Assembly: GCA_050486305.1 (NCBI GenBank)
Contig: JBJHDA010000001.1
Coordinates: 51,071-115,070, forward strand
DNA from: Candidatus Saccharimonadota bacterium
GTDB lineage: Bacteria; Patescibacteriota; Saccharimonadia; Saccharimonadales; SLHW01
Length of the DNA stretch: 64,000 bases
Direction of reading: 5' to 3'
Shown piece after piece: positions 52,620 through 61,904 of this stretch. A model generated the notes under the pieces. The model was not told the origin of the DNA. It searched no databases and saw only the letters and a program-made list of their open reading frames with translations. The translations under genes were made by a program, and so were the position numbers. Position 1 is the stretch's first letter, and each line of letters begins with the position of its first letter.

Positions 52620-53789
52620 ATGCAGTATCTCGCAGATAATTCCGATATGCTAAAGCAGCTGGCGAAGGAGCACGGAACGCCGCTGTTTGTATACGACAGG
52701 GCAGTGCTCACAGCACAAGCCGACCGCCTGAAGGCTGTACCGGCACCATTTGGTTATCAGCCGCGTTACGCCATGAAGGCAAACCCACACCCGGACATCG
52801 TACGGTTTTTTACAGAGAGAAGTATCAGTATCGACGCCAGCAGTAGTTACGAGGCGGAAGCTGCGGTTTCCTGTGGTATTGCACCAGGTCAGATTATGTT
52901 AACGAGCCAGCAGAGTGCACATAACCTGAAAGAGCTGGTTAAAAAAGGTGTGCAATATAACGCGACAAGCTTGCAACAGTTGCGTTTATTTGGTGAGCAG
53001 TTCCCGGGCTCAACCGTTGGGGTAAGGCTAAATCCGGGGATTGGTTCAGGGCAATCAAGGAAAACAAACGTCGGCGGCGTAACAAGCAGTTTTGGTATCT
53101 GGCATGAGCAGCTGGATACTATTTTTGAGATCGCAGAGCAATATAGTTTGACGATAAACCGCCTGCACACGCATATTGGCTCCGGTACTGACCCACTTGT
53201 ATGGAAGGATGCCATTGAGATCAGCCTTGCGCTTGCTAAACAATTTCCTGACATCACGACCGTAAACCTCGGCGGTGGTTTTAAGGTAGCTCGAACAGTG
53301 GCTGAGCAAGAGACGCCTATTGAAGAAGTCGGCGATATACTACGCTCGCAGCTAGAAACGTTTTATCGAGAAACGGGTAAAAAATTACAGCTGGAGCTCG
53401 AGCTTGGCAATTTTCTCGTTGCAAATGCTGGTGTCCTACTCGCGTCTGTAGACGATATTGTTAGCACCGGATCGCAAGGATACCGATTTATAAAATTGAA
53501 TACTGGCATGAACGACATACTGCGCCCAACGTTGTATGCAGCTCAGCATCCAATTTCGGTCTTGAACGATAAAACAGAACAAGAAGAATGCGTCGTCGTT
53601 GGTCATAACTGTGAAAGTGGCGACTTGCTCACGCCAGCTCCCACTGACCCGGAAGAGCTAATGCCGCGACTTCTTAACAAAGCTTCGATTGGTGATATTG
53701 TTGCAATCGGCGGAGCAGGTGCTTACTGTTCGAGTATGAGTGCCCACGGCTATAATCAGTTTCCGTCAGCCAAAGAAGTTGTAGTATAA
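52620..53789 (+). CDS. lysA: PLP-dependent decarboxylase of the diaminopimelate decarboxylase family
   Basis: YAMKAN (PLP Lys), HTHIGSG, GGGF, NCESGD and GAYCSSMSAHGYN. Substrate specificity is not provable from the sequence. Confidence 0.7.
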   Translation: MQYLADNSDMLKQLAKEHGTPLFVYDRAVLTAQADRLKAVPAPFGYQPRYAMKANPHPDIVRFFTERSISIDASSSYEAEAAVSCGIAPGQIMLTSQQSAHNLKELVKKGVQYNATSLQQLRLFGEQFPGSTVGVRLNPGIGSGQSRKTNVGGVTSSFGIWHEQLDTIFEIAEQYSLTINRLHTHIGSGTDPLVWKDAIEISLALAKQFPDITTVNLGGGFKVARTVAEQETPIEEVGDILRSQLETFYRETGKKLQLELELGNFLVANAGVLLASVDDIVSTGSQGYRFIKLNTGMNDILRPTLYAAQHPISVLNDKTEQEECVVVGHNCESGDLLTPAPTDPEELMPRLLNKASIGDIVAIGGAGAYCSSMSAHGYNQFPSAKEVVV

Positions 53790-53797
53790 TTTTTGCC

Positions 53798-54124
53798 ATG
53801 AAGACGTACGGGGATTTACTTGAGCTTGGCTGTCAGGTGCTGCAGCAAGACGATGTACGTTTAAGTAAAAATGAACTGATAGCAAGGTGGAGTCAAGAGG
53901 TGCCGCCTCATGAGCTACACATAACGGCAGGACTTCTTGAGGCTGGAAACGTGTTGATAAGCTCTGTTCGCGAAATATTGCTGTCCCACGTTGAGCTTAC
54001 GGATGAAGTGTCAGTTTTGATTAAGCCGCGGAAGACCGAGCTGAGTCAAGCAGATCCATTCGTCGACTATGTGTATGGCCGCTTTGAGGCATTAGCCGCT
54101 GCACGGCAAGGACAAACCACCTGA
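53798..54124 (+). CDS. Hypothetical protein (108 aa)
   Basis: ORF in operon-like spacing after the lysA-like gene, with no recognisable motif. Confidence 0.45.
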   Translation: MKTYGDLLELGCQVLQQDDVRLSKNELIARWSQEVPPHELHITAGLLEAGNVLISSVREILLSHVELTDEVSVLIKPRKTELSQADPFVDYVYGRFEALAAARQGQTT

Positions 54125-54169
54125 GAACAGGTTATATACGACAGATAACAACTGTGGTACACTTTTGGC

Positions 54170-55129
54170 ATGGCAAAGAGAGCAAACACCAAGAAGCAGG
54201 TGGGCACGGCTTCGAAAGCACGCGCTAAGAAAACGAGTGCGGCTTCTACGACTAAGAAAAGAACCACAAAAACAAGTGCGGCGAAAACAAAGCGAAGCAC
54301 GACAAAAAAACCAACCCGAGCAAAAGCAACAAAGAAAACAACAAAACAAGCGGACATCAATCAAGTTATTGCAACGCTAAAAGTTAAGCTTCGCGGTTTG
54401 CGCGGGCTACACGCCTTGTCTGCAGCGGTCTTCGCAGCACTTCTAGCGGTTGTTTATACGTTTATGGAGGCAGTAGAACGAAGTGTAGTCGTCGGGTATA
54501 CGGCAACCGATGCATTGCGAGATGATGTATTGGCACCGGCAGTACATAACGTGCTGACCGTTGATGTTCGTCACCTTATCGCAGCAATCTTAGCGGTCGG
54601 GCTCGTCTATAGCGTCTATATCGCAACCCGAGGCTGGGAGACATATAATTCTCGGGCGAACAAAGGAGTGCTCGTGAGCCGATGGGTGCTTGCGGCTGTT
54701 CTCGGTGTGTTGGCGCTTAAGCTTACCGCGCTATTGCTCGGAGTATATGACTTGAGCTTTATTAAGCTCCTGGGACTTATCTTGCTTGGCGCAAGCTTCT
54801 TAGCGTACCAGGCAAATAGAGAGACAGGGGTAAAGCGTAAGGCAACGCTATTTTTGACAGCAGTTGTCGGCAGTGCTGTCGTATTTCTGACGCTCGCAGC
54901 GTTCGTCGCATTCAGTATGTTGTACGGAACAACCTTGCCGCTTCACATGTATGTAGCTGCAGATATTTTTGCACTCGCTCTGTTGGCGTATGCGGTAAAC
55001 CAGCTATTTAGCTTGAAGAAGCGCAAAGGCTTTACGCAGCCGGAAATCGTTGAGCGCAATTACGTGGTTATCACGACCACTGCAACCCTGCTGTTCGTGG
55101 TAACACTCGTGCTTGGATCATTAGCATAA
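54170..55129 (+). CDS. Seven-helix membrane protein with histone-H1-like K/T/A-rich N-terminal tail
   Basis: The N-terminal 60 aa are AKRANTKKQVGTASKARAKKTSAASTTKKRTTKTSAAKTKRSTTKKPTRAKATKKTTK. Seven hydrophobic segments follow. Confidence 0.65.
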   Translation: MAKRANTKKQVGTASKARAKKTSAASTTKKRTTKTSAAKTKRSTTKKPTRAKATKKTTKQADINQVIATLKVKLRGLRGLHALSAAVFAALLAVVYTFMEAVERSVVVGYTATDALRDDVLAPAVHNVLTVDVRHLIAAILAVGLVYSVYIATRGWETYNSRANKGVLVSRWVLAAVLGVLALKLTALLLGVYDLSFIKLLGLILLGASFLAYQANRETGVKRKATLFLTAVVGSAVVFLTLAAFVAFSMLYGTTLPLHMYVAADIFALALLAYAVNQLFSLKKRKGFTQPEIVERNYVVITTTATLLFVVTLVLGSLA

Positions 55130-55187
55130 GTTAGGGCCTATCCCAGCTTGGGCTGATGGCGGCTTAGATTCTGCTAGTATAGAGCTA

Positions 55188-56444
55188 GTGGATTTTTCTG
55201 AGACAATACAGCTAGAAAAGCTCGTTCATGGCGGACAGGCGCTCGGCCGTCTCCGCGATGGGCGGGCTGTGTTCGTATGGGGAGGGCTGCCGGGCGAGCA
55301 AGTTCGCATACGGCCGATCAAGCAAAAGAAAGATTATGTCCTGGCGGTCACAACAGAAGTGCTGGCCACCTCTCCTGACCGCGTGGAACCGAAAGATCCA
55401 GCTTATTTGAGTACAAGTCCGTGGCAGATTTTGACATTTTCTGCTGAAAATACGACGAAGCAAACGATACTGACGGAAACGATGCAGCGGGCAGGGGTGC
55501 TGCTGCCCGACTCCGTTGAATGGAAGCATGATGATACCCAGTGGCAGTACCGGAATAAAATGGAGTACAGTTTTTGGGGAGACGAGGATGGGCTGCACTT
55601 GGCGTTTTACCAGCGAGGGAGCAACAAAAAACAAATCGTGCACGGCAGCTCATTAGCGATGCCGGTACTAGATGAAGCAGCGCAGGCAATTTTAGGTACG
55701 CTTGGGCGCCAGCGGGTACGAGCCGGACAACTTAAAACACTGCTGCTGCGCGCAAGCCAAACCGGTAAAGTCGCAGCCTCTCTTTATGTGAAAGATGAGT
55801 CGTTTCCTGATATCCAAGAACTGTCTGCATTAGGGGCAGGAATAAACGTACACTTCTCAACGCCGAAAAGTCCAGCAAGTGTTATCACACGTACGCTTAA
55901 GCGATATGGCTCAACCGAGTTGAGCGACAAAGTGCAGGGAAGACGCTTTCAATACGATGTGGATGGATTCTTTCAGGTGAATGTCCCGATGTTTGAGCGA
56001 GCACTCCGAGATATCAAGGCGTTCGTAAGCGGTGCACCGTCAATTATCGATATGTATGCTGGTGTTGGGGCAATCGGGCTGTCAGTCGGAGCGGAACGTC
56101 TGGTTGAGTTGGATGCTGGAAACGTTCGTTTAGCACAGCAGAATGCCGGCAATGATACATCAGCAGAAATCACTCATGCCAGCACCGAAAAGGCCCTCAG
56201 CGCGATTGAGCCGAATACGACGGTAATATTTGATCCGCCTCGCTCTGGTCTGCACCCAAAGCTCACTCGGCATATAGTGGAGGTGAGGCCGGCTAAGCTA
56301 GTGTATCTCAGCTGTAATCCGGCGACGCAAGCGCGGGATATTGCTCAGCTGCAGCCAGCTTATAGACTAACGAATCTTGTTGGGTACAATTTTTTTCCGA
56401 AAACGCCGCACATTGAAAGTCTTGCGGTTTTGGAGCTGTCATAA
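55188..56444 (+). CDS. RNA (uracil-5)-methyltransferase of the RlmD/TrmA family (TRAM plus SAM-MTase)
   Basis: A TRAM-like N-terminus (GGQALGRL.DGRAVFVWGGLPGEQV.IR), DMYAGVGAIGL, FDPPRSG and a nucleophile context YLSCNPAT. No Fe-S Cys cluster is present. GTG start. Confidence 0.75.
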   Translation: MDFSETIQLEKLVHGGQALGRLRDGRAVFVWGGLPGEQVRIRPIKQKKDYVLAVTTEVLATSPDRVEPKDPAYLSTSPWQILTFSAENTTKQTILTETMQRAGVLLPDSVEWKHDDTQWQYRNKMEYSFWGDEDGLHLAFYQRGSNKKQIVHGSSLAMPVLDEAAQAILGTLGRQRVRAGQLKTLLLRASQTGKVAASLYVKDESFPDIQELSALGAGINVHFSTPKSPASVITRTLKRYGSTELSDKVQGRRFQYDVDGFFQVNVPMFERALRDIKAFVSGAPSIIDMYAGVGAIGLSVGAERLVELDAGNVRLAQQNAGNDTSAEITHASTEKALSAIEPNTTVIFDPPRSGLHPKLTRHIVEVRPAKLVYLSCNPATQARDIAQLQPAYRLTNLVGYNFFPKTPHIESLAVLELS

Positions 56445-56446
56445 TT

Positions 56447-57148
56447 ATGAGCATGCGGCGGTTTTATTTAGCAACTGGTGAAGTAGGAAAAACTACTGTT
56501 TCGGTGTCCGATAATCAGTTACTGCATCAGTGGCAACGAGTATTACGGTATGTTCCAGGAGATGAAGTTGTGCTGTTTGACGGGAAACATGCAGATGTGC
56601 GATATAAAATTGTTCAGATACAAAAGAAGCAAGTGAAACTTACTAAAATCCAAGACGAACCACGCCGTTTGCCGAACCGGGAAGTAAGCCTGGCCTGGTC
56701 TTTATTAAAACGAGAAAACAACGAGCTTATCATTCAGAAGGCAACGGAGCTTGGCGTGTCACGGCTCACCCCACTGATAGCTGATCGATGTATTCGATCT
56801 GATGTATCAAAAACCCGCAGTGACAGGTGGCAGAAAATCGCGATAGAGGCTGCAGAGCAATGCGGACGCAGCGATATACCAAAGCTACAAGAGCCAGTAA
56901 CAGTCGACGAATTTGTCCAAGCAGAATCCGGGGCTAATCTGCTGATTTGCCGAATTGAAGATGCGCCTGACCAGGCGGTGCTCTCCAGTACCGAACCGGT
57001 TAGTATAGCAATCGGACCGGAAGGCGGCTGGTCGGAGCGGGAAGAGCAAATGTTTCAGGAGAATGCGCTCCAAACACTACCGCTCGGACAGTTTACGCTC
57101 CGCGCCGAAACCGCTGCTATCGTTGCCGTTTCTTTTCTCGCCAGATAA
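56447..57148 (+). CDS. rsmE: 16S rRNA (uracil1498-N3)-methyltransferase RsmE
   Basis: MRRFY start, a PUA-like N-terminus, KRENNELIIQKATELGV and IGPEGGWSEREE. Confidence 0.85.
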   Translation: MSMRRFYLATGEVGKTTVSVSDNQLLHQWQRVLRYVPGDEVVLFDGKHADVRYKIVQIQKKQVKLTKIQDEPRRLPNREVSLAWSLLKRENNELIIQKATELGVSRLTPLIADRCIRSDVSKTRSDRWQKIAIEAAEQCGRSDIPKLQEPVTVDEFVQAESGANLLICRIEDAPDQAVLSSTEPVSIAIGPEGGWSEREEQMFQENALQTLPLGQFTLRAETAAIVAVSFLAR

Positions 57149-57216
57149 CCCTTAGTAATGATGGCGTGGTAATATAGTTCATAGAAACCATTAGCGTAAA
57201 AAGATAAAAATGAACC

Positions 57217-59199
57217 ATGCAAAAACGCCCCACACAACGAAACGGCATAAAGGATAGCGTTAGCGTTGCATGGGAGCGATTTCTTGCGCTTGCGTTGCCG
57301 AAAAAGATAGTACTGGTGACCGCAAGCTTAGCCGGGGTGATACTTCTTGGCTTGATGGTTAGTTTTGTAGTGCCGCGTAGCGTTGTTTTGTCATATAGCG
57401 AACCGACATGCGTGAGCAACATCATTCTGCTGCCGTCGTTATACACAAGTGATGATTCAGCAGCAGTTTCGGTCACAACCGACCGGGCAGTAAGTTTCAG
57501 AGGGTATCCTTTGGCCGCCCGCTCTCTATGTGTCGAGCCAAACGTTCTGCCCATACCGAATGAAGCGATGGATGGAACGGTCTCGCTGCGGGGAGTTCCG
57601 TTTTGGCAAAAACGTATTCGGCTTGATGTTCCCTCATATCCCGCTCCAGAGCAGCATTCTCTGACCGAGTTTTTGGAGGTGTCAGTGAAAGATGATATCG
57701 AGATAGCTTTTTCGCAGCCGGATGAGCTTTTCCAGTACTATGCTCACGCTAACGACAATGATAAGGAATGCTACAAAAACGATATCGTGTTAACGTGCAG
57801 CCTGGAGGAGCTCGAACTTGAACAGGCAGAAGAGTATCAGCTGGAAATAGCGCGGGTATTCAACGGCGTGAAGGTTGAGGAAATACAGCGTGCAAATCTG
57901 CGTACGCTCGATCCGTTGCTGGTCGAGGAGAGCTCCATAGAGAATAATGAAGAGGTCTTCGAAAAACCCTCGGAACTCACGATATCGCTTAATAAGCCGG
58001 TTCAGCAGCCTGATAGTTCAGCCATAATGCTTCAAGACGAGGCGAATGAGAACGTTGATTTTGATGTCACCTATGAAGGAGCTGAGCTGCAGGTGCTGTT
58101 TCTTGAAGAGCTGGAACGAGAGACTGAATTTACTCTAACGATTAACGAATTACAGGCAAGAGACAACTCTGTATTGCCTGAACCATGGGAGCTGACCTTT
58201 ACCACTTCAGGCGGTCCGGAAGTCACCGGCAGCAATATGCCGAGCTATGGCATGCCGCTTGGTTACGTGCTCCGGCTGACGTTCGATCAATCACTGGAAG
58301 AAGAACCAGACGAGCTGCCGAGCATTCAACTTACAGCAGGCGGGTCAGCAGTTGAAAATTCGGTACGCGTGGATGGCGACCAGCTTGTTATCACTCCTTC
58401 GTCCAATCTGCCGCGATGTAGCAGTATAACCGTTGGTATTTCTGGAGAGGTGATGAGCGAACACGGGGTATCTAACGAGCTAGATTGGAGTACCAGTACT
58501 AGCACAACGTGTAAACAGACGACAACTATCGGCCACTCGGTTGAGGGAAGGCCGATTCAGGCGTACTCATTCGGCAACGGGTCACGCAAGATTGTCTACG
58601 TTGGCGGAATGCATGGGAACGAATATAGCAGTGTGGTTTTGATGGATGCTTGGATAGAAGAGCTGGAGGCTAACCCGGGCCGTCTCCCGAACGACAAGAC
58701 ACTTATAATCATACCGCGCAGCAGTCCTGACAGTGTGGTTGCGCGCAGTCGCTTGAACGCCCGTGGCGTTGATCTAAACCGAAACTTTCCGACCAATGAT
58801 TGGCAAACCGAGGTGTACATACCCGGTCCGACATTCTTGTCAGAAGGAGGAGGCAGCGAACCGTTATCAGAGCCGGAGGCAAGTGCATTAGCTGCCTTCA
58901 TTAGAAGGCAACGCCCTGAGCTTGTGCTGACCTACCATGCTGTTGCATCAGTGGTTATCAGTAATGACGCCGGTAATTCAGTAGCGGTCGGCCAACGATA
59001 TGCTCAGCTGAGTAACTATGGCTTTTCAACGACGAACGATCTAGAGGACGTATTTAATTACCCGGCCACTGGCGCGTTTGAGGACTGGATTCATGACGAA
59101 CTAAACTCGCCAGCATTGCTTATTGAGCTGGCTACTATGACAGGCAATGAGATGACTCGAAACCGCAATGCGTTATGGTACACAGCAGAGCTGCCGTAA
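57217..59199 (+). CDS. Membrane-anchored M14 zinc carboxypeptidase with large N-terminal Ig-like region
   Basis: An N-terminal TM is followed by about 400 aa of beta-rich modules. The M14 core follows: GGMHGNEYSS (HxxE), RGVDLNRNFP and LVLTYHA. Confidence 0.75.
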   Translation: MQKRPTQRNGIKDSVSVAWERFLALALPKKIVLVTASLAGVILLGLMVSFVVPRSVVLSYSEPTCVSNIILLPSLYTSDDSAAVSVTTDRAVSFRGYPLAARSLCVEPNVLPIPNEAMDGTVSLRGVPFWQKRIRLDVPSYPAPEQHSLTEFLEVSVKDDIEIAFSQPDELFQYYAHANDNDKECYKNDIVLTCSLEELELEQAEEYQLEIARVFNGVKVEEIQRANLRTLDPLLVEESSIENNEEVFEKPSELTISLNKPVQQPDSSAIMLQDEANENVDFDVTYEGAELQVLFLEELERETEFTLTINELQARDNSVLPEPWELTFTTSGGPEVTGSNMPSYGMPLGYVLRLTFDQSLEEEPDELPSIQLTAGGSAVENSVRVDGDQLVITPSSNLPRCSSITVGISGEVMSEHGVSNELDWSTSTSTTCKQTTTIGHSVEGRPIQAYSFGNGSRKIVYVGGMHGNEYSSVVLMDAWIEELEANPGRLPNDKTLIIIPRSSPDSVVARSRLNARGVDLNRNFPTNDWQTEVYIPGPTFLSEGGGSEPLSEPEASALAAFIRRQRPELVLTYHAVASVVISNDAGNSVAVGQRYAQLSNYGFSTTNDLEDVFNYPATGAFEDWIHDELNSPALLIELATMTGNEMTRNRNALWYTAELP

Positions 59200-59228
59200 T
59201 GCTCATGCACCTGCTACAATAGTAGGTA

Positions 59229-60014
59229 ATGAGTTATCGTTATCAGCGTAGTCAGCCGTATCGGCCCGGTCAAAAGACGCCCTATAAAGTATCAAGAAGT
59301 AAAATAGAGCTTTTCATGCAGTGTCCACGCTGTTTTTGGCTCGACAATCGCCTAAAGATTAAGCGACCGAGCAGTCCGCCGTTTCGTATAAATTCTGCCA
59401 TTGACGAGCTCTTAAAAAAAGAATTTGATGCTTACCGAAAAAAGGCGCAGCCACATCCAATAATGACAGAAAATAATGTCGCAGCTGTACCGTTCGTGCA
59501 TGACGATCTGGATACGTGGCGGGCAAATTTCACCGGTGTCTCGACAACTCATGAACCGACAAACCTGCATGTATTTGGCGCAGTGGACGATATTTGGGTA
59601 GATGGCGACGGCAAGCTCATCGTTGTTGACTACAAAGCTACCGCAAAAGACAGGGAAGTATCGATTGATGCAGATTGGCAGATTGCTTACAAAAGACAAA
59701 TGGAAGTTTACCAATGGTTGCTTCGGCAAAATGGTTTTGACGTGTCGGACACTGGATACTTTGTCTATGCGAACGGGAGGCTTGACCTAGATAGCTTTGA
59801 CAATAAGGTTGAGTTTACGACCAAGCTTATTCCGTACACCGGTAGCGCAGGTTGGGTTGAGGGAGCGCTTCACTCTATCAAAGAAGTTCTGGAGAACGAT
59901 ATGCCAGATGTCGGCACCGCTGCAATGGGAGGTCCATGCGACTTTTGTAACTATGCCCGGTCACGTACTGAGTTGACGATTGAAGCGCTCAAGCAAAAAT
60001 CATACGGCAGCTAA
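59229..60014 (+). CDS. PD-(D/E)XK nuclease, Cas4/RecB-like with four Cys
   Basis: CPRC near the N-terminus, GAVDD...VVDYK (D...DxK), QMEVYQWLL (QxxxY) and a C-terminal CDFC. Confidence 0.65.
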   Translation: MSYRYQRSQPYRPGQKTPYKVSRSKIELFMQCPRCFWLDNRLKIKRPSSPPFRINSAIDELLKKEFDAYRKKAQPHPIMTENNVAAVPFVHDDLDTWRANFTGVSTTHEPTNLHVFGAVDDIWVDGDGKLIVVDYKATAKDREVSIDADWQIAYKRQMEVYQWLLRQNGFDVSDTGYFVYANGRLDLDSFDNKVEFTTKLIPYTGSAGWVEGALHSIKEVLENDMPDVGTAAMGGPCDFCNYARSRTELTIEALKQKSYGS

Positions 60015-60043
60015 GCCAGAAATAATTTATACTAGGGGTAAAT

Positions 60044-61345
60044 ATGCTAGACATCCAATTTATCAGGAATAATCCGGACACCGTAAAAGAAAAGTCAGGC
60101 CAGAAGGGCTATGCAGTGGAGGTAGAGCAGCTTCTGCGTCTAGACGATGAGCGGAGCGTGTTAATCCAACAGGTTGAAGAACTCCGCCGACAACGCAACG
60201 AAAACGCGTCGGCAATCAAGCAAGCACAAGGTAAACCGGATGAAACGCTGATTGATAAAGGGAAGCAAATAAAAGTCGAGTTGTCTCATCGCGAAACGCT
60301 GCTAAAGAAGACAGATGCTGAATGGCTTGAGCTGCTCAAGCAAGTGCCTAATATGCCGCTCGATGACGTGCCGGTAGGAGAGACAGAAGACCAGAACGTC
60401 GTTGTACGAGAGGTGGGTGAAAAGCCACAGTTTGGGTTTGAACCAAAAAATCATGCCCAAATAGCGGAAGCAAAAGGCTGGATCGACAAAGAACGGGCAG
60501 CCAAAGTTTCCGGCGCTCGATTCGCCTATTTAAAGGGTGATCTGGTGCGTTTGCAGTGGGCGATGATGCAGTTCGGCCTCGATTGCCTTATGGATGAGTC
60601 GATTATAGAAAAATTAATATCCGAACATGATTTAAAAATTCCGGTTAAGCCCTTCACGCCGGTTTTACCGCCGCATCTACTCAAAACCGAGGCGTACGAT
60701 GCTATGGATCGGCTCGAGCCACGTGAAGATCGCTACAAGATTGAAGGCGAGGAGCTGTGGCTTCAAGGCAGTGCTGAGCACGTACTAGGCAGTATGCACT
60801 CGGACGAAATAATCGCAGAAACTGAGCTGCCACTTCGGTATGTCGGGTACGCGACCTCTTTTCGGCGCGAAGCAGGTACTTACGGAAAGGATATGGAAGG
60901 CATTATCCGGATGCACCAGTTCGATAAACTTGAGATGCAGAGTTTGACGAGTCCGGAAACATCGTTTGATGAACATCTGCTTATGATTGCGCTGCAAGAG
61001 CATCTTATGCAGTCGCTCGGGTTGCCGTACCGGGTTTTAAACAAGTGCACGGTTGATATCGGCAAACCAAATGCGCGCGGCTGGGACGTGGACGTATGGC
61101 TGCCTGGGCAGGGCAAGTACCGCGAGACACATACGGCGGACTACATGACCGACTACCAGGCTCGTCGGCTCAATACCAGGGTTCGCCGCAGTGACGGAAG
61201 CGTTGAGCTTGTGCATACGAATGATGCGACGGCGTTTTCGCAGCGGCCGCTAATCGCGATTATTGAAAACTACCAAACGGAGGAGGGAAATGTGATTGTA
61301 CCGGAAGTACTCAGGCCATATATGGGAGGAAAGGAGCAGCTATGA
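60044..61345 (+). CDS. serS: Seryl-tRNA synthetase
   Basis: An N-terminal coiled-coil arm, FRREAG, the class II core and a C-terminal IPE.LRPYMGG. Confidence 0.95.
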   Translation: MLDIQFIRNNPDTVKEKSGQKGYAVEVEQLLRLDDERSVLIQQVEELRRQRNENASAIKQAQGKPDETLIDKGKQIKVELSHRETLLKKTDAEWLELLKQVPNMPLDDVPVGETEDQNVVVREVGEKPQFGFEPKNHAQIAEAKGWIDKERAAKVSGARFAYLKGDLVRLQWAMMQFGLDCLMDESIIEKLISEHDLKIPVKPFTPVLPPHLLKTEAYDAMDRLEPREDRYKIEGEELWLQGSAEHVLGSMHSDEIIAETELPLRYVGYATSFRREAGTYGKDMEGIIRMHQFDKLEMQSLTSPETSFDEHLLMIALQEHLMQSLGLPYRVLNKCTVDIGKPNARGWDVDVWLPGQGKYRETHTADYMTDYQARRLNTRVRRSDGSVELVHTNDATAFSQRPLIAIIENYQTEEGNVIVPEVLRPYMGGKEQL

Positions 61346-61713
61346 TAAAAAAATTCGAGATTACAGGTAAAAAAATAGACCTGTCAGATGATCTTAAGCG
61401 ATACGTTACCCGAAAGATTACGAAACTGGACAAATACCTGCCGCGCCAAGCCCGCGAATCTGCCCACGCCGAGGTTATCATGAAAGAGGCGACCAAAGGA
61501 AAAGGCAAAAAAACCTATACTTGCGAGGTGATACTGCGCGTGCCTCAGGAGACAATTACGGTTTCGCAATCAACAATAAACCCGTTTGCTGCGGTTGATA
61601 TTGCTGAAGACACCTTAAAGAACCGTATTAGAAAGTACAAAAATACTCATGGCAGCAATAGGCTGCACAAGCGCGTTTTAGCTCGGATGCGCCGCCAAAC
61701 CGGCGGACAATAA
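61342..61713 (+). CDS. hpf: Ribosome hibernation promoting factor / RaiA family (short)
   Basis: I.GK.I.L.D.L..YV..K..KL.KY pattern. ATGA overlap with serS and a basic C-tail. Confidence 0.8.
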   Translation: MIKKFEITGKKIDLSDDLKRYVTRKITKLDKYLPRQARESAHAEVIMKEATKGKGKKTYTCEVILRVPQETITVSQSTINPFAAVDIAEDTLKNRIRKYKNTHGSNRLHKRVLARMRRQTGGQ

Positions 61714-61904
61714 GCGGCGATATCCTGCTGCCGTTGAGCTGCTGGGAACAGGTTGCACTATTTGCAAGAAACGTTTCGCGTATCTGGAGGGAGTACGGTA
61801 CAATGAGAGCTAGTATTTTTTACGCAGGGGTGGCATATGATTTCCGCCGACATGCGTAATTTCAATCAGGAACAATTATTTCGAGGAGTAGATACGAACG
61901 TATT

